Source of the DNA: an uncultured bacterium
Lineage (GTDB): Bacteria > Desulfobacterota_D > UBA1144 > Nemesobacterales > UBA2774
Length of the DNA stretch: 64,000 bases
Assembly (NCBI GenBank): GCA_963825135.1
Contig: CAWGRW010000009.1
Location: forward strand, 832,001 to 896,000
Reading direction: 5' to 3'
The notes under the pieces were generated by a model. The model was not told the DNA's origin. It saw only the letters and a list, made by a program, of their open reading frames with translations, and ran no database searches. Made by a program: the position numbers and the translations under genes. Shown piece by piece: positions 29,455 to 38,324 of this stretch. Every line of letters starts with the position of its first letter. Position 1 is the stretch's first letter.

Positions 29455-29922
29455 ATGGGTATATTCGAACATAAAAGAGGGGCAAAACCTCTAAAAACGG
29501 AAAGTAATCATTTCACCACGTCGATAGGTGAAAACTGCATCTTCGAAGGGAACATCTCGACATCCTCCTCAACCCGTATTGACGGCAAACTCATAGGAAA
29601 AATATCGGGCGAGAATACGCTGATAGTCGGGGAACGGGGAGTAATATTGGGAGAAATAAAGGCTTCGGGAATCATAGTCTACGGCAGAGTCGAAGGTATC
29701 ATAGATTCCGAGAAGCTCGAGATTAAAAGCACGGGTATCGTTACGGGGGACATATTCATCGATAAGCTTATAATTGAGGAAGGCGGTATATATAACGGCA
29801 GGTGCGGCATGAACGAGCACGTCGAACAATTGATGTCCGAGCCCGGCAATATCGAGTCGAAGAAGATTGCCGCCGACACGCATGATTCCGGGCCCTCCAC
29901 GATTAGAGCAAAGGAGCTCTGA
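29455..29922 (+). CDS. Bactofilin (CcmA/polymer-forming cytoskeletal protein)
   Basis: Repeated beta-helix units (IDG..G.I, V.G.V.G.I, IEEGG.YNG.C.M). Confidence 0.9.
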   Translation: MGIFEHKRGAKPLKTESNHFTTSIGENCIFEGNISTSSSTRIDGKLIGKISGENTLIVGERGVILGEIKASGIIVYGRVEGIIDSEKLEIKSTGIVTGDIFIDKLIIEEGGIYNGRCGMNEHVEQLMSEPGNIESKKIAADTHDSGPSTIRAKEL

Positions 29923-29951
29923 TCGCTCTATCCGGAGTATCACTCATTAAT

Positions 29952-30560
29952 TCATAATATCCTTTCCACGTCTTTTGCAATTTCCTTCGGGTCCATTTTA
30001 CTCTGAGGGTATCTTAGAACAATACGGCCGTCGGGGTCTATCAGATAGACCGATGAAGTATGGCCCATCAGGTATCCCGGCTCTGAGCCGGTTTCCTCCT
30101 TGAGATAGAACACATGATAGGAGTCGGACATGTCTTTAATCTCTTCCGGCGTACCCGTGAGACCGATAAAGTCCTTGTTAAAATAAGTAACGTATTTCTT
30201 GAGCTCCGCCTGAGTGTCCCTTTCGGGGTCTACCGTGACGAAGAGGACCTGCACCCTGTCCCTATCTTTCCCGAGCTCGTTAATCACGCTGTTTAAAGTC
30301 GATAACGTGACGGGACAAATATCGGGACAGCGCGTATAACCGAAAAACATAAAAACGACCTTGCCCTTAAAATCTCCGAGCGTTACCTTCTGCCCGTCCT
30401 GACCGGTCAGCGCGAAGTCGGGCGCTTTCATGTCGTACGAGCTGCCATAGAAGCTCGACTTATTTTTAATCGAGAATATCTGGAATAAAATTACCGCCCA
30501 TGCAATGAGTATAAGGGACAGCACTATAACAGAAACGAACAGTATTTTTTTTCTCTTCAT
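29952..30560 (-). CDS. SCO1/SenC copper chaperone
   Basis: FGYTRCPDICP, VDPERDT, conserved His (MGHTS). Confidence 0.93.
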   Translation of the reverse strand: MKRKKILFVSVIVLSLILIAWAVILFQIFSIKNKSSFYGSSYDMKAPDFALTGQDGQKVTLGDFKGKVVFMFFGYTRCPDICPVTLSTLNSVINELGKDRDRVQVLFVTVDPERDTQAELKKYVTYFNKDFIGLTGTPEEIKDMSDSYHVFYLKEETGSEPGYLMGHTSSVYLIDPDGRIVLRYPQSKMDPKEIAKDVERIL

Positions 30561-30635
30561 ATCGGTCCGATTTATCAAGAGGTATGGGGCTTCATAAAAC
30601 GAAAAATATATTACCCGTTAAATAGTAAGCGCGCA

Positions 30636-30651
30636 TGGCATGCTCGCTGCG
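30636..30651 (+). promoter_or_regulatory. Possible sigma54 -24/-12 site
   Basis: TGGCATGCTCGCTGC (GG-N10-GC); no downstream CDS. Confidence 0.4.
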
Positions 30652-30721
30652 CGCAGTATTCGAAAAGCCTACTGCTGCAGTGGAAGTTTATTCTTATACC
30701 GGGAATTCAAGGGTGCGTTAT

Positions 30722-30815
30722 GAAAACAAAAGGGAATGCCCGGACCTTGTCGCGAGCATTCCCTTTTTAAAGGAGGATGGAGGATGACTTGTTAAGCCTT
30801 CTGTTTAAGATTAGT
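30722..30815 (-). ncRNA. Candidate small RNA with anti-Shine-Dalgarno (UCAUCCUCCAUCCUCCUUU) segment
   Basis: TTGACA(30848-30843)-N17-TATTTT promoter, CU-rich segment, then terminator; no ORF on this strand. Confidence 0.45.
30728..30768. terminator. Bidirectional intrinsic terminator
   Basis: AAAAGGGAATGC-ccggaccttgtcgcga-GCATTCCCTTTTT. Confidence 0.75.
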
Positions 30816-31134
30816 AATAAAAATAAAGTATTTTACTTAAGATGTCAAGGGGGTATTTTACAGTCATAAAAAATAGTTGTAACACCCCATTACGACACGA
30901 TAATTCAGCATGAAAAATCACTCCGTCCGGAAATAATTCCTTCGGATTATCGCTGTTAAAATCCAAGCGCTATTTCACCGGCCTCCGGCATAGCAGGTCT
31001 GCCGTGACCGTAAACCTTGAAAGTTAATCGACCCGTGATATATTTTTGCACTCTGGTGCGAGCTTGCCGGGGGACGTACCACACCGGAAATGGCGCGTCA
31101 TTATTACATAAGTCGGTATCCCGACTCATAGCCG

Positions 31135-31206
31135 GGCGACGTAGCTCAGGGGCAGAGCAGGGCTCTCATAAGGCCCGTGTCGGTGGTTCGATTCCACCCG
31201 TCGCCA
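31135..31206 (+). tRNA. tRNA-Met(CAT), probably elongator; CCA not encoded
   Basis: Acceptor GGCGACG/CGTCGCC, TAGCTCAG D-arm, GGGCT-CTCATAA-GGCCC anticodon arm, GGTTCGATTCC T-arm; paired 1-72 argues against initiator. Confidence 0.93.
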
Positions 31207-31315
31207 CTCATATAAATCTGTTACTTACCACTAAAGTTTAACCGCGCCCTTCACGGGAAATTAATAATCCTCCGATACCATCATTTATACTCTTCGTTGT
31301 ATTTATGGTGATGGC

Positions 31316-33238
31316 ATGGAATCTCGAAATAAGCACGATAAGGCTCCGGAAATAGATATCGCGACCGAAGGTAATCTCGGCAAATCACAAAGAGAACTCC
31401 TGCGTTTGATCAAGCAGTTGAGCGGGATACGCGAGGAGATGCTATGCTTCGCCGAGCAGTCTAAAGACTCCTTGCGCAATCTACACCCCGCGTACAGAGA
31501 GAGCGCAAAAAATCTTCTTCATTATTTAGCTTTCAGGCGCCACGACCTGAGGGAGCTTCAGTCGGAGCTGGCGGAGCTCGGGCTCTCGTCGCTCGGCCGC
31601 TCCGAGTCGCACGTCCTGGCGACGATTGACGCGGTGCTTCTTACTTTATCCCGGCTCGCGGATTCCCCAGTTCAGATTCCCGACGACTTGGGGGACAAAC
31701 TAGATTTCAAAGCCGCGAGGCGTTTGCTGGATGAGCACACAGAGACGCTTCTGGGCCCCGTACCCGAGGGGCGGAACGTCCACATCATGGTGACGATGCC
31801 GAGCGAAGCCGCTCGGGATTACATACTCGTCCTCGGGCTCCTCGATAACGGCATGGACTGTATGCGTATCAATTGCGCTCACGACGACCCGGAGAAATGG
31901 TCCCTGATGATCGGGAACCTCAGCCGCGCGAGGGAGGAGACCGGGAAACACTGCATGGTAATCATGGACATACCCGGCCCCAAACTCCGTACGGGCCCGG
32001 TCAGTCCCGGACCCTCGGTTATCAAATACCGCCCGCAGAGGGACGCGTACGGCAAGGTAACAAAACCGGCGAGTGTGCTGCTCGCGGCAGAGGGAGCCGA
32101 TCTCTCACATTCATCTCTATATGACGCAGTGCTTCCGTTACCACCGGAGTGGCTTACGGGACTTTCAATCGGCGACGAGATAAGATTCATCGACGGGCGT
32201 GGGGCGAGGCGCTTAGTGACTATAATTGAAAAAATGGACGGAGGATTCAGGGCCGAGGCCCTGAAGACTGCCTACGTCACGCCGGGCACACTCCTCCGCT
32301 GCAGAAGATACGGCAAATCCCGGAAAAAAGAAGTCGAGGTATGCGGCTTCCCTCCGCAGGAGAATCACGTATCACTCCGTCAGGGGGACTTGTTAACACT
32401 TACGCCGGACTTAGCCCCCGGACGCGCGGCGGAATACGACGAAAACGGCAATCAGCTATCGCCTGCAATTATCGGCTGCACGATACCCGAGGTTCTCGAC
32501 GACGTTAAGGCCGGGGAGGCCGTCTGGTTCGACGACGGCAAAATAGGGGGAATAGTAGAAGAAATAATTGCCGGGGGGCTGCTGATACGCATCACGCACA
32601 CGAACTCGGCTACAGCCAAGCTCGCCTCGGACAAGGGCATAAACCTTCCTGAGAGCAAGCTCGGACTGCCCGCGCTCACCCCGAGCGATATTCCGATCCT
32701 AGAGTTCATAGCGGAGAATGCCGATATTGCAGCACTATCGTTCGCGAATTCTCCCGAAGACGTAAAGTCTTTATTAGACCACCTGAGCCGCATGGGCAGA
32801 GGAAAGCTCCCGATAGTTCTTAAGATCGAAACGAGGCGCGGATTCGAGAACCTGCCGGCCATGCTTCTTGAGGCGATGAAAAACCCGTGCTGCGGGGTAA
32901 TGATAGCGAGGGGGGACCTGGCGGTCGAGCTGGGGTTCGAGCGTCTGGCAGAGGTTCAGGAGGAAATATTGTGGCTCTGCGAAGCCGCTCACATACCGGT
33001 CGTATGGGCGACTCAGGTGCTCGAAAGCCTCGCGAAACAGGGCTCCCCGACGAGGGCGGAGATAACGGACGCCGCCATGGGACACCGCGCCGAATGCGTA
33101 ATGCTGAATAAGGGTCCTCACATCCTGGAGGCCCTAAAAGCGCTCGATAATATATTGAGACGGATGGAAACGCATCAATTTAAAAAGATGTCTATGCTGC
33201 GCGAGCTGAAGCTCGCATATAATTTCCCGCACGAATAA
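31316..33238 (+). CDS. pyk: Atypical long pyruvate kinase-family protein
   Basis: RINCAH, DIPGPKLRTG, KIET, IARGDL, ATQVLES, PTRAEITD. Confidence 0.85.
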   Translation: MESRNKHDKAPEIDIATEGNLGKSQRELLRLIKQLSGIREEMLCFAEQSKDSLRNLHPAYRESAKNLLHYLAFRRHDLRELQSELAELGLSSLGRSESHVLATIDAVLLTLSRLADSPVQIPDDLGDKLDFKAARRLLDEHTETLLGPVPEGRNVHIMVTMPSEAARDYILVLGLLDNGMDCMRINCAHDDPEKWSLMIGNLSRAREETGKHCMVIMDIPGPKLRTGPVSPGPSVIKYRPQRDAYGKVTKPASVLLAAEGADLSHSSLYDAVLPLPPEWLTGLSIGDEIRFIDGRGARRLVTIIEKMDGGFRAEALKTAYVTPGTLLRCRRYGKSRKKEVEVCGFPPQENHVSLRQGDLLTLTPDLAPGRAAEYDENGNQLSPAIIGCTIPEVLDDVKAGEAVWFDDGKIGGIVEEIIAGGLLIRITHTNSATAKLASDKGINLPESKLGLPALTPSDIPILEFIAENADIAALSFANSPEDVKSLLDHLSRMGRGKLPIVLKIETRRGFENLPAMLLEAMKNPCCGVMIARGDLAVELGFERLAEVQEEILWLCEAAHIPVVWATQVLESLAKQGSPTRAEITDAAMGHRAECVMLNKGPHILEALKALDNILRRMETHQFKKMSMLRELKLAYNFPHE

Positions 33239-33520
33239 ACCAATAAACCGTGGCAGAGGTGTGAAGTGATGAACGACTCCGGCCGCCCAGGTTTCGTTTC
33301 GATCGATTGAGCCGGACGAGACTGAGCTCAACACTGATTCCAGGCCTCGAACCATCCCCCCTCTTCGCCCATTCCTTATGCCCAATATGCCGCATAATGG
33401 AGAAGTATCAATCCGGGAATCTATTCTCTGTCCCGTATCGTTGCGAATCATTCGATAAACATTCGCCGGGGATCGGGATTATAATTTCCACGTCGAAACA
33501 CTTTTCAAAGGAGGAATAAA

Positions 33521-34399
33521 TTGGCGAAAGAACCATACAGGATAAATAAACGTGCATATTACGCTCTTTGCATAATGCTCTCGGCAATTTATTTGTTAAA
33601 CGTTTCATGTGACGAGGGCTCAGGCTCCGAGACTGAACGGGAAGCTACCGCAGTGGTTGTCGAGAAGTCGCGGGATACAAACGAAACGAATGATTTCCTG
33701 AGAATCGCGTTCCTGCCGAGGGACGTCGTACCGACACAGCTCGGACGTCCGAGCGCCCTCAGGGTCTTCGTAGGCGCTTCGGTATTCTACGAGCCCCCTG
33801 TATCCCTCGAAAAAACAGCCGCCTTTTTCGGCATACCCATCGGACAAAGTGAAAAGGGGTTGGACCTGGTGGCCTTCAGATGCATGCCGGGCGAGCCTGC
33901 CGTGCTCGAGCCGAGCCTGGCGACGTGGCCGAATGTGTTTGCCAGACTGGTCGAAGACTTGGGAGTGCAATTCACATGTCCGCCGGGTGACTCGTCACCT
34001 GAGAACGAGATCCTTTGTCTTGCCGAGGGATTCACAGACACTCCGAGCGAGATCGTCACCGAAAGCATAGCGAACGCAGTCGTCCTCGGAGCATCGATAA
34101 TGACCGACCCGGAGCTGGCCGGAGTGTTAGGAAATCTCTATGGGGTCTCATCCGCGTTCGGCGGACTCGGCCTCGCCGTTAACGGCAGCAGCGGGAACGC
34201 CTTAACCGGGGAGGAAGCTCTCGTAAGGTCCGTCGTTCCCGAGTACATTGTGAAGAACGCAACGCTCGCCGAGGCCGGGTGCTTCTGCATCCGCGTACCG
34301 CCTTATGAAGGACGCGAGGAGGCACCTCTCGACATGAACTTCATTATGAAGAACGGCGGCTTCGGCGAATGCAATTTTGTGGACAGACTGGGATTGTAG
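33521..34399 (+). CDS. Hypothetical Cys-containing lipoprotein
   Basis: AGGAGG RBS before TTG; lipobox-like LLNVS|C. Confidence 0.7.
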   Translation: MAKEPYRINKRAYYALCIMLSAIYLLNVSCDEGSGSETEREATAVVVEKSRDTNETNDFLRIAFLPRDVVPTQLGRPSALRVFVGASVFYEPPVSLEKTAAFFGIPIGQSEKGLDLVAFRCMPGEPAVLEPSLATWPNVFARLVEDLGVQFTCPPGDSSPENEILCLAEGFTDTPSEIVTESIANAVVLGASIMTDPELAGVLGNLYGVSSAFGGLGLAVNGSSGNALTGEEALVRSVVPEYIVKNATLAEAGCFCIRVPPYEGREEAPLDMNFIMKNGGFGECNFVDRLGL

Positions 34400-34455
34400 A
34401 ATTAACTGCAATTATTTATCAACGTGAAAGAGTCTCGAGTTCTTTTTGATGACCG

Positions 34456-35277
34456 CTAATGTTCCCGTGTAAGGGGAAGGAGAAAAACAGGGTATAGTAA
34501 CAAGCATGCCCAATCCAATTTGCCGATGGCGACTACGTACATTAACGAAACGTGAAAAACAACTCCCAACACGGCTGTCGGTATGCGCGTCCTTCTGAAC
34601 CAGAATCCCGCTGCAAGCGCGTATTCCATCAGAACGGACGAGATAGCGACGATATAAACCGGGATTTGAAACGGACCGAGATGAAAGTATCCGTCAGACA
34701 GGTCGATTAAAAAATTCGGCATCATGACGGATAGACCTTGAAGCACATAACCGCTCAGATAACCCGGCGTCGTCTTTGCAACCGCATTCACCAAATATAG
34801 AAGCGACAACTGAATCTGTATAAGACGGACAGGCCAAACAGGGGACAATACTTTTCCATAATTTTTATTGAAACCGATCAGGCAATATTGAGAGCAGCTG
34901 GGGATCAATGAGAATGCCAGTATTGAGAAAGTGATGACCTGTCTGCTTTTCCGGTATCCCTCTACAAAAACTAGCGGGAGCAACAGCACGGAGAGCAGCA
35001 AACCCAAAAATCGCGGCCTGACGCCCAGACAGAATAGGATCAGTATGATGACTACGACAATCGTATATGGCAGCGTAAAGAAAACATTCGTGTAGAGCCC
35101 GTTTAATGAAAGCGAGTTCCTGATAATCGACAAGGGCACCGAGATATTCCAGAATACGACCAAAACCGCGACAGACAGGATTACACGTAAGATAGTCGTA
35201 TAGTACGGATCGAGCGGAGTAAATAAAAATTTTCTCAGGACACCGGACGACGTTCTGCGATTAGAATTTTGAGTCAT
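34456..35277 (-). CDS. HTTM-domain membrane protein (VKGC/SdpB-related)
   Basis: WPVRLIQIQLSLLY..AVAK..GY..G, E...GFWFRRTR, GVVFH. Confidence 0.7.
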   Translation of the reverse strand: MTQNSNRRTSSGVLRKFLFTPLDPYYTTILRVILSVAVLVVFWNISVPLSIIRNSLSLNGLYTNVFFTLPYTIVVVIILILFCLGVRPRFLGLLLSVLLLPLVFVEGYRKSRQVITFSILAFSLIPSCSQYCLIGFNKNYGKVLSPVWPVRLIQIQLSLLYLVNAVAKTTPGYLSGYVLQGLSVMMPNFLIDLSDGYFHLGPFQIPVYIVAISSVLMEYALAAGFWFRRTRIPTAVLGVVFHVSLMYVVAIGKLDWACLLLYPVFLLPLTREH

Positions 35278-35695
35278 GATCGAAGCTGATTATCTTCTTC
35301 TGTTTCATATCCGCGGAAGAATATGAGTAGTTGATAGTCCAGTCTATACGTGCTTTGGGTTGTTTATAGAGATAATTGAAATACCACCCCGAAGTTTGCA
35401 TGTATTTATTTATTCCCCCCTCGACATCCTCCAGCAGTTCATCGGGAGAAGATGCCGCTAGTCCGTTTTTCTTGAACACTGCGGGTGTGCGCAGATTCGT
35501 GATTGTTCCCTCGGTGGAAGTGTAGACAATTTCAATATCAGTTACGGTGACGCGGTAATACACCCTCAGAAAGTAACTTGTAGATATCAGGAAGATCAGG
35601 AATGAAACAATCAAAACGAGATCCGATCTTACGGATGAGGTCAGAGTCACGCGTCTGACGCTTTCTCCTCCATTAGCTGATGAATAAGCACGCAA
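35261..35695 (-). CDS. Hypothetical single-TM protein (start uncertain)
   Basis: TM segment; stop overlaps the start of the HTTM gene. Confidence 0.6.
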   Translation of the reverse strand: MRAYSSANGGESVRRVTLTSSVRSDLVLIVSFLIFLISTSYFLRVYYRVTVTDIEIVYTSTEGTITNLRTPAVFKKNGLAASSPDELLEDVEGGINKYMQTSGWYFNYLYKQPKARIDWTINYSYSSADMKQKKIISFDHDSKF

Positions 35696-35837
35696 CTGCC
35701 CTTTGTCCCTCTTTTCAAGCGGAAATTTCCGAACAGCTTCAATTTATTACAAAAGGAGGGGAAATTCAAACGGCTTCTATCGCCGCATGCCCGATCCGGC
35801 GGCTTAGAGCGATAAAAAACAACCGGTATTTACCGGG

Positions 35838-36248
35838 TCAATCTTCGTCGCCTTCACCCTTATCAAAATCAAGGGAGCATGAGTTGATACAGTAACGGAG
35901 GCCCGTGGGTCCGGGACCGTCCGGGAAGACGTGACCCAGGTGCGCGCCGCACTTGCTGCATACAACCTCGGTCCTCGCCATGCCGTGGCTCCCGTCGACC
36001 TCCTCTTTAATCATATCTTCGTTTGCAGGCTTGTAGAAGCTCGGCCATCCGGTGCCCGAATCGAATTTCGTATCAGAGCTGAAAAGCTCCTCCCCGCAGC
36101 AGACACACTTGTACATCCCCTTTTCTTTATTGTCATGATACTTTCCGGTGAACGGCCTCTCCGTGCCCTTCTGCCTCGTGACGTAGTACTGCTCATCCGT
36201 CAGCTCTTTTTTCCACTCGTCTTCTGATTTTTTTATTCTCTCAGTCAT
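35838..36248 (-). CDS. msrB: Peptide methionine (R)-sulfoxide reductase
   Basis: [35 protein letters not shown] 36248 after AGGAGG. Confidence 0.97.
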   Translation of the reverse strand: MTERIKKSEDEWKKELTDEQYYVTRQKGTERPFTGKYHDNKEKGMYKCVCCGEELFSSDTKFDSGTGWPSFYKPANEDMIKEEVDGSHGMARTEVVCSKCGAHLGHVFPDGPGPTGLRYCINSCSLDFDKGEGDED

Positions 36249-36451
36249 ATGCGCCTCCTTCGGCACAACCGTCCAATCGCGCCCCGCAACAACTATAGGA
36301 TACAGACAGGGCAAAATCTTATCAATACCGACGCCGGGGCCGGATCAGCCGGCCGTCTGAAAAAACGAATATATTCTTATACGGTAAGAACGGAGGAAAG
36401 GATTCTTTGGGGAGTGAAATACGATGGTATTTGTCTGCCGCCCGCACTGCG

Positions 36452-38029
36452 TCAGTCGGGCCGCATCTTCTCTATCGTAAGCCAGGCCGTAAGCGCGCCC
36501 AGGAAAACAAGCCCGGCCGATATCTTCATCATGCGCCTGAAAGTTCCCAGAAAGGAGTCCGATATAGCACCGCGTATCTCCTTTTTCGTTGCTTCCGGAA
36601 GCGATTCGGGTATGTCTATTGCCGCCAGTTTGATTCGCTGTGAGTCTATAATCTGAATGGTTTTCTCGTTTAGATTGAGGGCCCTTAATTCTTTGTCGAG
36701 ATTGTGATTGAAGCCGGACAGGGCGAACACACCCAGTATGGCAATAGAAAGGAGTCCCGCGATCCGGCCTACCGAATTATTTATTCCGGAGGCTACCCCC
36801 GAGTTCTCGAGGTCGATCGAGCTCATCACTGCAGTCGTGAGAGGCGATATGGTTATCGCCATACCCAGGCCGAGAACGGCGATTGCTGGAAAGAATGTAG
36901 TCCAGTAGCTCCCTCCGATGCCGGGGAGCGTGAATAAAAGAAACCCGACGCCCGCAAGGATCGTCCCGACTATAAGCGGCGGCTTTGCCCCGTAATTGAT
37001 TACCAGCCCGCCCGCCCATCTCGAGAACAGGAACAGCGCAAGGACGAGGGGTATAAAGGCTATACCCACGCCCGCGGCGGAATACCCCTGAAGCTGAATG
37101 AGATTGAACGGGATGAAGAAAACGCCTCCCACCCAGGCTGCCCAGAATAACGCAGAAATAAAATTTGCCCCGCTGAAGGTCCTGGATTTAAAGAGACTGA
37201 GCGGCATCATGGGCGATGGGGAATTCGCTTCGTAAAAGAGAAATGCGACGAGAGCAAATCCCCCGGCCACGAATGGGACGATTACCTTTGGGCGTCCAAA
37301 CCCGGAGTTGCCGGATTCGATCAATGCGTAGACGATGCACCCGAGGCTCATTATCGCGAGAAACGACCCTAGAATGTCCAACTTTCCCTCGCCATTATTC
37401 TTCCTGCTTTCCGGTATCCGCCAGAAAAGGCTGGTGAGAACAACGATGCCGATCGGAAGGTTTATGAAGAAGACGAGCCGCCAGGAAACATTCTCGGCAA
37501 GCCACCCCCCGAGTATAGGACCGAGAGCCGTTGTGATCGCGGTGAACGCGGACCACGTGCCGATGGCCCTCCCGCGATCAGCCTCCGTAAATGATATATT
37601 GATAATTGCCAGGCTTCCCGGAACGAGGAGAGCGCCCCCTACCCCCTGGAAAGCCCTTGCGACTATCAGTTGCGGCGTGCTGGCGGACAGACCGCACCAA
37701 ACGGACGCGCCTGTGAACAAGATTACCCCAAGCGCAAATATGCGCTTCCTCCCGAACTTATCTCCAAGCGCCCCGCCGAACAGCATGAGTGAGGACATGA
37801 AAAGCGCGTAGGCCTCGATAATCCACTGCATCTGGGGTATTGTGGCGTCGAGCTCTATCTGAAGCACCGGCAATACGACGTTCATGGCGGTGCTGTCTAT
37901 AAATGCCATGCCCGAGCCGAGTATCGTTACGAGCAGAACCCATCTCCCGGCGATCTTGCCCACGCCGAGGCTTTCCGAAACACTCTTTATAGCTGTGCCC
38001 TCCAGTGTTCCTCTAGCGGATTCTCTCAT
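36452..38029 (-). CDS. MFS drug:H+ antiporter (DHA2, 14-TM)
   Basis: GALGDKFGRKR, ARAFQGVGGAL, WRLVFFINLPIG. Confidence 0.92.
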   Translation of the reverse strand: MRESARGTLEGTAIKSVSESLGVGKIAGRWVLLVTILGSGMAFIDSTAMNVVLPVLQIELDATIPQMQWIIEAYALFMSSLMLFGGALGDKFGRKRIFALGVILFTGASVWCGLSASTPQLIVARAFQGVGGALLVPGSLAIINISFTEADRGRAIGTWSAFTAITTALGPILGGWLAENVSWRLVFFINLPIGIVVLTSLFWRIPESRKNNGEGKLDILGSFLAIMSLGCIVYALIESGNSGFGRPKVIVPFVAGGFALVAFLFYEANSPSPMMPLSLFKSRTFSGANFISALFWAAWVGGVFFIPFNLIQLQGYSAAGVGIAFIPLVLALFLFSRWAGGLVINYGAKPPLIVGTILAGVGFLLFTLPGIGGSYWTTFFPAIAVLGLGMAITISPLTTAVMSSIDLENSGVASGINNSVGRIAGLLSIAILGVFALSGFNHNLDKELRALNLNEKTIQIIDSQRIKLAAIDIPESLPEATKKEIRGAISDSFLGTFRRMMKISAGLVFLGALTAWLTIEKMRPD

Positions 38030-38324
38030 TTTGAAAAGAAACTGGTGTATTTGTCATCGATTCTGTGTTTGCGGGAATGGTATTCTCGGATAGGGCGGAA
38101 TAACATGAGTTCCAAAATATAGTCTTGCACCGCGATTCGATCAGGTACGAAATAACCGAGATCAATTAATATTTACTTATCCGAAAAAATCCTTAGCCGA
38201 CTTAATTCTACCTGCTGAAGCAGGAATTACATCATAAATCTCCAATTATTGTCCGTGAGTCTGCGGGTAATAATATACGGTAGAGGCGCGGAAAAGCACC
38301 CATTGCGGGAAGTCATGAGCCCGC

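Noticed and set aside
33484..33501. parS-like TTTCCACGTCGAAACA
   Set aside because: Extra base breaks the 16-bp palindrome; I found no convincing parS or DnaA-box cluster near parAB
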